The translations under genes and the position numbers were made by a program. Positions 36,463 through 46,514 of a stretch of DNA of 64,000 nt are shown in pieces; position 1 is the stretch's first letter, and each line of letters starts with the position of its first letter. The DNA comes from an uncultured Candidatus Saccharibacteria bacterium. Its GTDB lineage: Bacteria; Patescibacteriota; Minisyncoccia; Phycocordibacterales; JACOZG01. The stretch lies in the NCBI GenBank assembly GCA_964399075.1, contig CAYNPK010000002.1:20418-84417 (forward strand), written 5' to 3'. The notes below the pieces were generated by a model, which was given only the letters and a program-made list of their open reading frames with translations, was not told where the DNA came from and did no database searches.

Positions 36463-36882
36463 ATGCTTTTCCCTAAAAAAGTTAAATATCGCAAATGGCA
36501 CACTTTTCGCCATAATCCTAATCGGCCCAAGGTGGCGACTCGGGGAATAACCGTGGCCTTTGGTTCTCATGGTTTAAAGGCGGTAACCGCTGGTCGAATT
36601 CGTTCAAATCAAATTGAGGCGGCGCGTAAGACGATCATGCATGAGATTAAGAAGACTGGTAAAATGTGGATTAGAGTTTTTCCCGATAAGCCTTACACGG
36701 CTAAGCCGGCGGAAGTCGGAATGGGTAAGGGCAAGGGAGATCCCCAGGGTTATGAGGTTATTATCTGGCCCGGACGAGTTTTGTTTGAGCTTGATGGCGT
36801 TGATGAATTAATTGCCAGAAACGCTTTGCGTAAAGCCGGCGCCAAGTTACCGCTTAAAACTAAGGTGATTGCTCGAGTATAA
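36463..36882 (+). CDS. rplP: 50S ribosomal protein L16
   Basis: L16 pattern. Confidence 0.9.
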   Translation: MLFPKKVKYRKWHTFRHNPNRPKVATRGITVAFGSHGLKAVTAGRIRSNQIEAARKTIMHEIKKTGKMWIRVFPDKPYTAKPAEVGMGKGKGDPQGYEVIIWPGRVLFELDGVDELIARNALRKAGAKLPLKTKVIARV

Positions 36883-36887
36883 TAATT

Positions 36888-37133
36888 ATGATTACTTCTT
36901 CTAATAAAACTAAAAAGCGAATCCTAAGTGGCCTGGTGGTTTCTAATAAAACACCCAAAACTATTGTCGTGGAAGTTCAGCGTTTTGTTAAACACCCTAA
37001 GTATGGTAAATATATTAAGCGCTCCAAGCGTTACCAGGCGCATGACGAGTCTAACCGACATCAAGTTGGTGATCAGGTTCAAATTCAGGAATCTCGGCCA
37101 ATGTCTCGTTGTAAACATTTTATAGTCTTATGA
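36888..37133 (+). CDS. rpsQ: 30S ribosomal protein S17 (no L29 gene between L16 and S17)
   Basis: GLVVSNKTPKTIVVEVQRFVKHPKYGK. Confidence 0.85.
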   Translation: MITSSNKTKKRILSGLVVSNKTPKTIVVEVQRFVKHPKYGKYIKRSKRYQAHDESNRHQVGDQVQIQESRPMSRCKHFIVL

Positions 37134-37501
37134 TTCAACCACAATCCATTGTTAAAATAGCTGATAATACCGGAGCCAAAATAGGCCGAGTGTTCAAAGT
37201 TATCGGCGGATCCAAACGACGTTATGCCGAAATCGGCGATGTGGTCATTTTGTCTGTGCAAGTTGCCGAACCTAAGAAGGCTCTTAAAAAGAAAGATGTC
37301 TCTCGCGCCGTGGTTGTCCGACAGAAGAAGCCTTATCGTCGCTTGGATGGTTCGTATATTCGTTTTGACGAGAATGCTGTAGTGATTTTAGAATCAGACA
37401 AGAGTGAACCGCGCGGTGGTCGTATTTTCGGTCCCATTCCTCGAGAATTGGCCGAACGAGGTTATCAGAAAATTGCTTCTTTAGCTCCAGAAATAGTATG
37501 A
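37130..37501 (+). CDS. rplN: 50S ribosomal protein L14
   Basis: L14 pattern. Confidence 0.9.
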   Translation: MIQPQSIVKIADNTGAKIGRVFKVIGGSKRRYAEIGDVVILSVQVAEPKKALKKKDVSRAVVVRQKKPYRRLDGSYIRFDENAVVILESDKSEPRGGRIFGPIPRELAERGYQKIASLAPEIV

Positions 37502-37803
37502 AAATCAAGAAGAATGATAATGTCATAGTGATTGCCGGCAAAGATCGGGGTAAAAAGGGAAAGGTCTCTCGATCTTTGCCGTCTTTGGAACGAGTGGTGG
37601 TGGAGGGGGTAAATATTGTTAAGCGACGCCAACGATCCAAACAGGCGAACAAAAAAGGCCAAGTTCTTGAGTCGGCATCTCCTGTTCATGTTTCTAATGT
37701 TCAGATCTGGTGTGCGAAATGCCAAAAGGGTGTTCGTTCGGGTAATCAGAAGTCTGGAACTAAAAAAGTGAGAATTTGTAAGAGTTGTGGTGAGGTCTTG
37801 TAA
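37498..37803 (+). CDS. rplX: 50S ribosomal protein L24 with C-terminal C4 zinc-ribbon extension
   Basis: KOW core plus CAKCQKG...CKSCGEV. Confidence 0.85.
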   Translation: MKIKKNDNVIVIAGKDRGKKGKVSRSLPSLERVVVEGVNIVKRRQRSKQANKKGQVLESASPVHVSNVQIWCAKCQKGVRSGNQKSGTKKVRICKSCGEVL

Positions 37804-37810
37804 TTTTTTT

Positions 37811-38335
37811 ATGACTAAAGTAATTAAACAAATTAAACAATCGACCAAGAGCAAGAGCGCTGTCAATCCGATGTCTTTGCCCCGATTGCAAAAGATTATT
37901 ATTTCTACCGGTGTTGGCAAGATTAATAAAGATAAAAAGCGCTTAGAGCTAATTGCCGATCGTTTGGCAAAAATCACTGGTCAGAAGCCAGCTCCCCGTG
38001 GCGCTAAGAAGTCGATTGCTGCTTTCAAATCTCGCCAGGGTGATGTTGTTGGCATGGTCGTAACTCTTCGCGGTAAGCAAATGCGAGGATTCTTGGCTAA
38101 ATTATTAAACGTGGCAATTCCCCGAACCCGAGACTTTAGAGGTTTTGATCCCAAACAAATTGACGAAATGGGCAATCTAACTTTTGCTATTAAAGAGCAC
38201 ACTATCTTTCCCGAGACTTCTGATGAAGATATCAAAGATGTTTTCAGTTTGGCGATTACCATGACAACCACGGCGAAGAATTATGAACAGGCTCTAAAGT
38301 TCTTTAATTCTATTAATTTTCCGTTTAAGAAATGA
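37811..38335 (+). CDS. rplE: 50S ribosomal protein L5
   Basis: L5 pattern. Start MTKVIKQ. Confidence 0.9.
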   Translation: MTKVIKQIKQSTKSKSAVNPMSLPRLQKIIISTGVGKINKDKKRLELIADRLAKITGQKPAPRGAKKSIAAFKSRQGDVVGMVVTLRGKQMRGFLAKLLNVAIPRTRDFRGFDPKQIDEMGNLTFAIKEHTIFPETSDEDIKDVFSLAITMTTTAKNYEQALKFFNSINFPFKK

Positions 38336-38390
38336 AGTTGACTTTAGAGAGTTAGCTTGTTAGGATAAGCATTGCCCTAAGGGGCGTTTT

Positions 38391-38576
38391 ATGGCTAAAA
38401 CATCAGTTATTGCCCGAGCTCAAAAAAAGCCGAAATGGAGCACCAGAGTAGTGCGACGGTGTTTTCGTTGTGGTCGTCGGCGGGGTTACATGCGAGACTT
38501 CGATCTTTGTCGAATTTGTTTTCGCGAGCTTGCTAATGAGGGGAAAATTCCCGGAATCAAAAAATCTTCATGGTAA
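38391..38576 (+). CDS. rpsZ: 30S ribosomal protein S14, type Z (zinc-binding)
   Basis: 61 aa with [10 protein letters not shown]...CRIC. Confidence 0.9.
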   Translation: MAKTSVIARAQKKPKWSTRVVRRCFRCGRRRGYMRDFDLCRICFRELANEGKIPGIKKSSW

Positions 38577-38962
38577 CTGATCCTGTCGCTGATATGATTA
38601 CTCGTTTGAAGAATGCCCAAATGGCAGGTTTGCCGAAGGTGCAAATGCCTTTGTCGTCTCTAAAATATCAAATTGCTGAAGTCTTGAAGCAAGATGGTTA
38701 TGTTAAATCGGTTACCAAACGAGGAAAAAAGATTAAGAAAACTTTGGAGATCGAGTTAATTTACACTGACGGTCGTCCTCGAATCAACGAAGTTTATCGA
38801 ATTTCCAAGCCGTCCCGTCGAGTTTATTCTCGAGCTAAGGAGGTTAGATCAGTTAGGCAAGGAAGTGGTCGCGCTATTTATTCCACAACCAAGGGTATCT
38901 TAACTGACAAGGCGACTCGCGAGGCTAAGCTTGGCGGTGAGTTATTATTTAAAATTTGGTAA
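38570..38962 (+). CDS. rpsH: 30S ribosomal protein S8
   Basis: S8 pattern. Confidence 0.9.
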   Translation: MVTDPVADMITRLKNAQMAGLPKVQMPLSSLKYQIAEVLKQDGYVKSVTKRGKKIKKTLEIELIYTDGRPRINEVYRISKPSRRVYSRAKEVRSVRQGSGRAIYSTTKGILTDKATREAKLGGELLFKIW

Positions 38963-38964
38963 TT

Positions 38965-39504
38965 ATGTCAAGAATTGGTAAACAAATAATCAAACTGCCC
39001 GAAAAAGTTTCCGCCGAAATCACCGACGGCTTGATTGTGATCAATGGACCATTGGGAATTCTTAAGCGACCATTTAATCCAATCATTGAGATTATTTGTT
39101 CTGATAATCAGGAAATCACCTTCAAACCTCGTCGTGAGACGGTTGAATCTCGTGCCCTGTGGGGAACTTACGCCGCTCATGTTAAGAATATGGTTTCTGG
39201 CGTTGTTACTGGTTATCAGAAGAAACTGATCATCGAAGGTGTTGGCTATCGCGCCAATCTCTCTGGTGATAAATTAACCCTTAGTCTTGGCTTGTCACAC
39301 CCCATTGAGCTGATTGTCCCATCTGGTCTCAAAGTCTTAGTGGAGAAAAATATAATCACTATTTCTGGAGTTGATAAAGAATTGGTCGGTCAATTTTCCG
39401 CAGACATTAGAGCTTTGAAGAAGCCGGAGCCTTACAAAGGCAAGGGAATTCGTTATGAGACAGAGATTGTTCGTCGCAAGGAGGGTAAGCGAGCCACAAC
39501 TTAA
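38965..39504 (+). CDS. rplF: 50S ribosomal protein L6
   Basis: L6 pattern. Start MSRIGKQ. Confidence 0.9.
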   Translation: MSRIGKQIIKLPEKVSAEITDGLIVINGPLGILKRPFNPIIEIICSDNQEITFKPRRETVESRALWGTYAAHVKNMVSGVVTGYQKKLIIEGVGYRANLSGDKLTLSLGLSHPIELIVPSGLKVLVEKNIITISGVDKELVGQFSADIRALKKPEPYKGKGIRYETEIVRRKEGKRATT

Positions 39505-39525
39505 AATTAGTAATTTATTCTGTTT

Positions 39526-39912
39526 ATGATTAATACCAAAATAGACAAACAAAAACGTCGTCACGCTCGAGTCAGGGCCAAAGTTAGTGGCACCGCTTCT
39601 CGACCGCGTTTAACCGTCTTTCGTTCCAACAAATTTATTTACGCTCAATTGATTGACGATGTTTCTGGACGAACTCTAGTTTCTATTACTGACAAGGCTT
39701 TGCTTAACGACAAGGGTATTGCGACGGGGAAACGACCAGTTGATGCCGGTTTTACCAAGGTGCCAAAGGCTTATCGCGCTGGTCAAGAATTAGCCAAGCT
39801 GGCTCTAGCTACTAAAATTGATCAAGTCGTTTTTGATCGAGGTGGTTATCGTTATGCTGGTAGAGTTAAGGCGATTGCCGAAGGCGCTCGCACTGGTGGT
39901 TTAAAATTTTAA
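39526..39912 (+). CDS. rplR: 50S ribosomal protein L18
   Basis: L18 pattern. Confidence 0.85.
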   Translation: MINTKIDKQKRRHARVRAKVSGTASRPRLTVFRSNKFIYAQLIDDVSGRTLVSITDKALLNDKGIATGKRPVDAGFTKVPKAYRAGQELAKLALATKIDQVVFDRGGYRYAGRVKAIAEGARTGGLKF

Positions 39913-39917
39913 TAATC

Positions 39918-40421
39918 ATGGAATCAACTCAACAAAAATCAAGACCAAGCAATCGCCGTTCCGGCCAGAGACCCGAGCGAGCCAAGCCGGAATTTGAACA
40001 AAAGATTTTGGATATTCGGCGAGTCACTCGAGTCGTTAGAGGCGGTCGTCGCTTTAGCTTCTCTTTAGTCGTCGCTATCGGCGATCGTCGCGGTCAGATT
40101 GGCTTGGGGGTTGGCAAGGGTAGTGACATCGCTGCGGCGATGGGCAAAGCCTACCGCGAGGCTAAGAAGGAAATGTTCCGTCTTCCTCTGACCAAGAATT
40201 CGTCTTTACCCCACGAGGTTGAGGCCAAGTCTTGCGGTTCGCGAGTAATAATTCGCCCCGCTAAAGGTCGAGGCTTAGTTGCTGGTAGTTCGGTGAGAAC
40301 CATTTTGGCTCTTGGCGGAGTCCGTGATGTGAGTGCCAAGATTAATTCAAAGAGTAAAAATAAACTCAATAACGCTAGAGTTACTATTAAAGCCCTTCGT
40401 CAACTGCAGTCAGTAATATAA
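39918..40421 (+). CDS. rpsE: 30S ribosomal protein S5
   Basis: S5 pattern. Followed after 10 nt by L15 with no L30 gene. Confidence 0.9.
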   Translation: MESTQQKSRPSNRRSGQRPERAKPEFEQKILDIRRVTRVVRGGRRFSFSLVVAIGDRRGQIGLGVGKGSDIAAAMGKAYREAKKEMFRLPLTKNSSLPHEVEAKSCGSRVIIRPAKGRGLVAGSSVRTILALGGVRDVSAKINSKSKNKLNNARVTIKALRQLQSVI

Positions 40422-40430
40422 AATCTAAAC

Positions 40431-40871
40431 ATGCAAATACATCAACTTATTCCTAATACTCCTAATAAAAAGTCCAAATCCATCGGTCGTGGTGGTAAAC
40501 GTGGCAAGACTTCTGGTCGAGGGACTAAGGGGCAACGCGCTCGCGCTGGACACCGTATTCGTCCAGAATTACGAGATTTAATTAAAAAGATCCCCAAACA
40601 ACGCGGTTATCGTTTCCATTCCATTGAACAAAAAATGGTTGTAATCAACTTAAGCTCATTAGAGAAAAACTTTGAGGCCAATGCCAAAATTACCCCAACT
40701 CTCTTGGTTGAGAAGAAATTAATTTCCGCTAGACTGTCTCCCTCACTCTCTTTGTTGATTAAAGTCTTGGGTACCGGTAATCTTAGCAAGCCTTTGATCA
40801 TTTCCGGTTGCGCCGTTTCCGCCCCGGCGCGTGTTAAAATAGAGGCTGTCGGTGGCCAGGTGTTGAAATAA
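40431..40871 (+). CDS. rplO: 50S ribosomal protein L15
   Basis: L15 pattern. Confidence 0.9.
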   Translation: MQIHQLIPNTPNKKSKSIGRGGKRGKTSGRGTKGQRARAGHRIRPELRDLIKKIPKQRGYRFHSIEQKMVVINLSSLEKNFEANAKITPTLLVEKKLISARLSPSLSLLIKVLGTGNLSKPLIISGCAVSAPARVKIEAVGGQVLK

Positions 40872-40874
40872 AAC

Positions 40875-42149
40875 ATGTTGTCTAACCTTATTCATAAATT
40901 TCGCTTGATTCTTCAAGATGTATCCTTGCGCAATCGCATTTTATTTGTCTTGTTGGTGCTAGTTTTGTTCCGCTTAGGAGCGGCAATACCTATTCCGGGT
41001 GTTGATCTTCTAGCCTTACAGAACTTCTTTTCTGATAATCAATTTTTTGGCTTACTAAACGTTTTTTCTGGTGGCGGTTTAGCTAACTTGTCCATCTTCA
41101 TGTTAGGTGTTGGTCCTTACATTACTGCTTCAATCATTATGCAATTATTAACGATCATGGTTCCAGCTATCAAGGAGATGTATCACGAGGCCGGTGAGGC
41201 TGGTAAACGTAAATTTATCCAGTATTCTCGTTTATTGACTGTTCCTCTCGCCGCGCTCCAAGGTTGGGGTCTCTTGGCTCTATTAGAGCGACAAGGAGTA
41301 ATTGCTCACGCTGGTGTGCTTGAATTAGCCCTCAATATTATTACTATCGTGGCCGGTTCACTGCTTCTCATGTGGTTGGGCGAGCTTGTCGGTGAGTATG
41401 GCATTGGCAATGGCATCTCTCTCTTAATCTTTGCCGGTATTGTGGCGAGTATCCCTCAATCCTTGGGGCAAATTTTCGTCAATTACGAAGTAGCGCAAGT
41501 TCCTCTTTACTTAGTCTTTATTGTCGCTTCTGTAGCAATTATCGCTGGTGTGGTGATGGTTACCGAGGCGGAGAGACCTATTCCAATTACTTATGCCAAG
41601 CGGATTAGGGGAACGCGAGTGTATGGTGGTGTTTCAACTTATTTGCCAATTAGACTTAATCAAGCCGGAGTGATGCCAATTATCTTTGCTCTCTCTATTT
41701 TGCTATTTCCTCAAATGGTTGTTAATTTTTTGAGTCGAGTGAGTAATCCTTTGATTCAGAATGTTTCCGAAACTTTATTAACTCTCATTAATAATCCTTG
41801 GCTTTATTCTATTGCTTACTTTGTTTTAGTCTTCGTTTTCACTTATTTTTACTCGGCTATCACTTTTGATCCAGATTCTGTTGCTACTAATTTACAAAAG
41901 AGTGGCGCCTTCGTTCCTGGTATTCGCCCTGGTGCGCCCACAGCGGAATACGTTGGCTCGGTCTTGTATCGCTTAACGCTCATTGGCGCCCTTTTCTTGG
42001 GTATCGTCGCCATGTTGCCACTATTGATGAGGGCTATTACCGGTATTTCCGCTCTGGCTATTGGTGGCACGGCACTCTTGATTGTGGTGTCTGTGGCCCT
42101 AGAATTTATGAAGCAGATCAACGCTCAACTCTCTATGCGGGAGTACTAA
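40875..42149 (+). CDS. secY: preprotein translocase SecY
   Basis: 10-TM SecY pattern. Confidence 0.95.
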   Translation: MLSNLIHKFRLILQDVSLRNRILFVLLVLVLFRLGAAIPIPGVDLLALQNFFSDNQFFGLLNVFSGGGLANLSIFMLGVGPYITASIIMQLLTIMVPAIKEMYHEAGEAGKRKFIQYSRLLTVPLAALQGWGLLALLERQGVIAHAGVLELALNIITIVAGSLLLMWLGELVGEYGIGNGISLLIFAGIVASIPQSLGQIFVNYEVAQVPLYLVFIVASVAIIAGVVMVTEAERPIPITYAKRIRGTRVYGGVSTYLPIRLNQAGVMPIIFALSILLFPQMVVNFLSRVSNPLIQNVSETLLTLINNPWLYSIAYFVLVFVFTYFYSAITFDPDSVATNLQKSGAFVPGIRPGAPTAEYVGSVLYRLTLIGALFLGIVAMLPLLMRAITGISALAIGGTALLIVVSVALEFMKQINAQLSMREY

Positions 42150-42210
42150 GATCTAGTCTGAGTTTGGTGACGAGGTTCTCTTTTATTGTGATCATTGGTA
42201 TAATTAACTT

Positions 42211-42405
42211 ATGTCTGAAATTATTTTTAACCCCGACGAGGCCGATTTGTCGCGTGATAATTATCGTTCCACTCGGGGTGGATTGCTAGGTTTGTTTATG
42301 CGCTTAACCGGCATTGAAGATGAGCTGGCGGCTAATAAAATCATGTTGGCTATCGCCATTATTTTCTTCGTTGCCTCGGTGATAATCCTGTGGACCTACC
42401 TGTAG
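42211..42405 (+). CDS. small hypothetical membrane protein (C-terminal TM)
   Basis: 64-aa ORF with no RBS; overlaps the adk start. Confidence 0.25.
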   Translation: MSEIIFNPDEADLSRDNYRSTRGGLLGLFMRLTGIEDELAANKIMLAIAIIFFVASVIILWTYL

Positions 42406-42971
42406 TCATTTTTATTGGATATTCGGGTTGTGGCAAGGGGACACAGTCGGCTTTGTTGATGGATCATTCAACCCTCTATCTCCAGACTGGTAAACTCTTT
42501 AGAGATTTATCAGAGCAAAACAGTTTAACTGGCAACTTGGTTAAACAGTATTTATCTACTGGTCGTCGATTGCCGGACTTTCTGGCGGTTTGGAATTGGG
42601 GGCGAGTGTTGGTAGAACAAATCGCCAATTATCAGCGGATTTTGCTTGATGGTGCTCCTAGATCTTTAACTGAAGCGCAAGCGCTTGATTCAGCTTTTGA
42701 TTTTTATCAACTTCAGCCTCGGACCATCTTTTTCCTCAAGGTTAGTCGTGAGTGGGCCACTGACCGTTTACGGGAGCGCGGACGTGATGACGATCTTAAT
42801 CTCGCTGACATCGCTAGACGCCTTGATTGGTTTGAAGAATCAGTGGCTCCGGCGCTCGATTTCTTCCGTGACCATCCTGCTTATCGGTTTGTGGAATTAG
42901 ACGGGGAGCGGCCTATTGAAGTTATTCATGAGGAGATCCTCCAATTTTTAAATGATCACCATCAAAACTGA
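42390..42971 (+). CDS. adk: adenylate kinase (short form, no Zn lid)
   Basis: GYSGCGKGTQ P-loop. GTG start. Confidence 0.8.
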   Translation: MDLPVVIFIGYSGCGKGTQSALLMDHSTLYLQTGKLFRDLSEQNSLTGNLVKQYLSTGRRLPDFLAVWNWGRVLVEQIANYQRILLDGAPRSLTEAQALDSAFDFYQLQPRTIFFLKVSREWATDRLRERGRDDDLNLADIARRLDWFEESVAPALDFFRDHPAYRFVELDGERPIEVIHEEILQFLNDHHQN

Positions 42972-43716
42972 AGCAGATATCGCAATCTTACGCCAAGGGG
43001 GGAAACGCTTAGCTAGACTCCTTCAAGCTTTGAGTAAAAAAGTGGCGCCTGGGGTTACCCCTAAAGATTTAGATCTCTTGGCGAGGCAAATAATTAAAGA
43101 GGGTGGTGATTTGCCCGCCTTCCTAAACTATCAACCGGCGGGAGCCTCACAACCCTTTCCAGCCGCTTTGTGTGTGTCCGTAAATGACGAGGTTGTTCAC
43201 GGAATTCCTTCTGATAAGCCTCTGCAAGATGGTGATATTGTTAGTTTAGACTGTGGTTTGAACCATCGTGATCGTTTTACTGATATGGCTATCACCGTGC
43301 CGGTTAACCAGGTCTCTCCTCAATTGCAGACTCTAATTAAAATAACCGAAGAAGCTTTACTGGCGGGAATTAAAGTTGCTCGCGCTGGACATACCACTGG
43401 CGATATTGGTGTGGCTATTGCCACTATCGCTCGTCGGCATAATTATGGTTTGGTAAGAGAATTAGGTGGTCATGGGGTTGGCTTTGAGGTTCACGAAGAT
43501 CCAGAAATTCCTAATTATGGTCGACGCGGTCGAGGCGTGGTTCTCAAGTCGGGTATGGTCATTGCGATTGAGCCGATGTTTAACTTGGGTCAAGGGGCGG
43601 TCAAATTTCTGGACGATGGTTATACTGTTAAGACTATTGATGGCTTACCGTCGGCTCATTTTGAACACACAGTCTTGATTACTGACGCCGAGCCGGAGAT
43701 CCTGACTTCTCTATGA
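42952..43716 (+). CDS. map: methionine aminopeptidase type I
   Basis: MetAP pita-bread pattern (HGIPSDKPLQDGDIVSLD, FEVHEDPEIPNYG). Confidence 0.9.
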   Translation: MITIKTEADIAILRQGGKRLARLLQALSKKVAPGVTPKDLDLLARQIIKEGGDLPAFLNYQPAGASQPFPAALCVSVNDEVVHGIPSDKPLQDGDIVSLDCGLNHRDRFTDMAITVPVNQVSPQLQTLIKITEEALLAGIKVARAGHTTGDIGVAIATIARRHNYGLVRELGGHGVGFEVHEDPEIPNYGRRGRGVVLKSGMVIAIEPMFNLGQGAVKFLDDGYTVKTIDGLPSAHFEHTVLITDAEPEILTSL

Positions 43717-43744
43717 TGCATCATTTAGGTTATAATCTGTAGTA

Positions 43745-46513
43745 ATGGAATTATCTAAACTTTCGCCTGAAACTAAAGTTTTTACCAATCCGGAAGAGGA
43801 ATTGAAATATTTACGTGCAGAAATTAGCAAACGAGAGCGCGAATTAGAAGAGCGTGGTCAACTAACACCTAAAGCTGAAGTAGCGAAGTCAGTTCTTGAT
43901 GATTATCAAGAACAGCCAAGTTCGGAAGTGTTGCATCCCCATTTTACTTTGCCAGCGCAAGAAGTTGAAGAAATCGTTCTTAATTTAAAACCAGAACTTC
44001 ACGATGACAAAATGTCAGAATTGTTGGGCTTGATTCAAACTAAAGGGGTTAAAAATACTCTAGTCATGGTGGATAAATTAGCTAATCCTCATCTGACTGA
44101 TGATTTCCATCGATTTCTAGTTGCTTATTTGGTTAGCGGTTATCCAGTCTTGGGACTTAAGCAAAAGTCAGCCCTCTGGAAGACTTTCCAGATGACTCTT
44201 TATGAGATTACTTTACCTTTGGCCGATAAACAAGAACCGGCTAAGCCCTTGAGAGAATTACTTTCTAGCATGGAGCAATTTTACGCCGGCATGCTGTCGA
44301 TTAAAGATCTTGATGATCTTGGACCTAATCATTTTACTCTGGAAATTGCCGTTGCTAATCAGAGTGATGAGTTTATTTTTTATGCCGCTGTGCCAACAGC
44401 ACGAAAGAATTTATTCGAGAAGCAGTTGTTGGCGATTTTTCCCTTAGCTCAGCTTGTTCCGGCGCCAGACGATTATAATATTTTTAATGCCGATGGTGTT
44501 TCTGTTGGTGCTTATGCCAAGCTTGATCGTTCGGCTATTTATCCGCTCAAGACTTATGATAATTTCGACTACGATCCGCTTAATATTCTGTTAAATAGTT
44601 TTTCTAAAACCAATAGACAGGGCGAGGGGGCGGCAATTCAATTAGTGTTTAAGCCTACTGGTGATCATTATGCCAAGCAGTATCGCCACACTCTTGATCA
44701 ATTGAATCGCGGTGTTGGTCTTAAAGAAGCTTTACCGGCCGAGACTTTGTGGTCAGAGTTTTCCCGATCGGGACTGGTTAAAGATGTTCAGGAGTTCTTT
44801 TTTCCTGAAAAATCGAGTAAGACATCAGAGCCAAAAGAGTCGAAATCTAAACCAGTTGATCAATCGGTAGTTAAGCTGTTTGAGGAGAAAGTTGCCTCGC
44901 CGATAGCGACAGTCAATTTGCGTTTAATCGCTTCTGGTCCAAGTCGCGGTAGTACTGAAGCGATCTTAGCTGATATGGAAGCATCTTTTAATCAATTTAG
45001 TAATTCTGGTGGTAACAAGTTAGCTTTTGTTCGTCCGACTGGTTCAAAATTAGATGCTTTGCTAAAAAGTTATTCTTTTCGAGATTTTGATTTTCACCAC
45101 TCTCTGCCTTTAAATCTTAAAGAGGTCGTTAGTGTGGCTCATTTGCCGACTACTGGTCGTGTGCCGACTTCTCAACTTAAGCAAAGTAAAGCTGGTCAAT
45201 CGGCTCCACCAACTGGCTTGCTTGATAGCGGTTTGTTGTTGGGAGTTAATCGTTATCAGCAGAAAGAGACAAAGATTTTCATGTCAGCTGAAGATCGCCT
45301 TCGTCACTTCTATGTCATTGGTCAGACTGGTACTGGTAAAACAACCTTGTTAAAAAATATGATCGCCCAAGATATTGCGACTGGTGAAGGGGTTTGCTTC
45401 ATTGATCCTCACGGTAACGATGTGGAAGAAATTCTTAGTTATATTCCCCAGAATCGTTATGAAGATTTAACTTATTTTGACCCAAGTCACACGGCTCGCC
45501 CCATTGGTCTTAACATGCTGGAATTTGATCCGGATTATCCTGAACAAAAAACCTTTGTGGTTAACGAGATGATTTCTATTTTTAATAAACTTTTTGACAT
45601 GAAGACGGTTGGTGGACCGATGTTCGAACAGTATTTCCGAAACGCGGTTTTGTTGATCATGGAAGATCCAGCTTCCGGCAACACTTTATTGGATGTCTCG
45701 CGAGTCTTAGCTGACAAGCGTTTTCGTGAACTTAAATTAAGTCGTTGTCGTAACCCAATTGTTTTGCAATTTTGGCGCGAGGTGGCCGAGAAGGCTGGCG
45801 GCGAAGCCGCCTTGTCCAATATCGTTCCTTACATCACCAGTAAGTTTGATATTTTCTTAAGTAATGACATTATGCGACCGATTGTCGTGCAGGAGAAATC
45901 AAGTCTCAATTTCCGTCAGATTATGGATGAAAAAAAGATTCTTCTCGTTAATTTATCTAAGGGTCGCTTGGGAGATATTAATGCCCATCTCATCGGCTTG
46001 ATTATTGTTGGTAAAATATTGATGGCGGCCCTCTCGCGAATTGGCAGTCAGTCCAGCGCTGTTCCGGCCTTCTACCTCTATATTGATGAATTCCAGAATG
46101 TAACCACTGACTCGATTGCTACCATTTTGTCCGAGGCGCGAAAATATAAATTAGGCTTAACGGTTGCCCATCAATTTATCGCCCAATTGGAGGAAAATAT
46201 TCGTGACGCTGTTTTTGGCAACGTCGGGTCTATGGCGGCCTTTAGAGTTGGGGCTACTGACGCGGAACATTTGGTTAAACAATTTGAGCCGATATTCTCC
46301 ACGACAGATTTAATGAACTTAGACAATAGGCATGCTTATCTTAGGTTACTGGTGAATGGCCGTCCGGTAAAGCCTTTCGACATTGAGACTTTAGCGCCAC
46401 CGCCTGGTATCTCTGTCGAAGCTCTAGCTAGCCTAAAGCAATTATCTTATGCTAAACATGGTAGTGATAGAGCTGTTGTGGAAGAGGCGATTATGCTAAA
46501 ATACAAAAATTAA
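43745..46513 (+). CDS. 922-aa P-loop ATPase of the VirD4/TraG/TraD (HerA-FtsK-like) family with ~480-aa N-terminal domain of unknown function
   Basis: Walker A GQTGTGKTT, ...FIDPHG..., and Walker B LYIDEFQNV. Confidence 0.6.
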   Translation: MELSKLSPETKVFTNPEEELKYLRAEISKRERELEERGQLTPKAEVAKSVLDDYQEQPSSEVLHPHFTLPAQEVEEIVLNLKPELHDDKMSELLGLIQTKGVKNTLVMVDKLANPHLTDDFHRFLVAYLVSGYPVLGLKQKSALWKTFQMTLYEITLPLADKQEPAKPLRELLSSMEQFYAGMLSIKDLDDLGPNHFTLEIAVANQSDEFIFYAAVPTARKNLFEKQLLAIFPLAQLVPAPDDYNIFNADGVSVGAYAKLDRSAIYPLKTYDNFDYDPLNILLNSFSKTNRQGEGAAIQLVFKPTGDHYAKQYRHTLDQLNRGVGLKEALPAETLWSEFSRSGLVKDVQEFFFPEKSSKTSEPKESKSKPVDQSVVKLFEEKVASPIATVNLRLIASGPSRGSTEAILADMEASFNQFSNSGGNKLAFVRPTGSKLDALLKSYSFRDFDFHHSLPLNLKEVVSVAHLPTTGRVPTSQLKQSKAGQSAPPTGLLDSGLLLGVNRYQQKETKIFMSAEDRLRHFYVIGQTGTGKTTLLKNMIAQDIATGEGVCFIDPHGNDVEEILSYIPQNRYEDLTYFDPSHTARPIGLNMLEFDPDYPEQKTFVVNEMISIFNKLFDMKTVGGPMFEQYFRNAVLLIMEDPASGNTLLDVSRVLADKRFRELKLSRCRNPIVLQFWREVAEKAGGEAALSNIVPYITSKFDIFLSNDIMRPIVVQEKSSLNFRQIMDEKKILLVNLSKGRLGDINAHLIGLIIVGKILMAALSRIGSQSSAVPAFYLYIDEFQNVTTDSIATILSEARKYKLGLTVAHQFIAQLEENIRDAVFGNVGSMAAFRVGATDAEHLVKQFEPIFSTTDLMNLDNRHAYLRLLVNGRPVKPFDIETLAPPPGISVEALASLKQLSYAKHGSDRAVVEEAIMLKYKN

Positions 46514-46514
46514 G

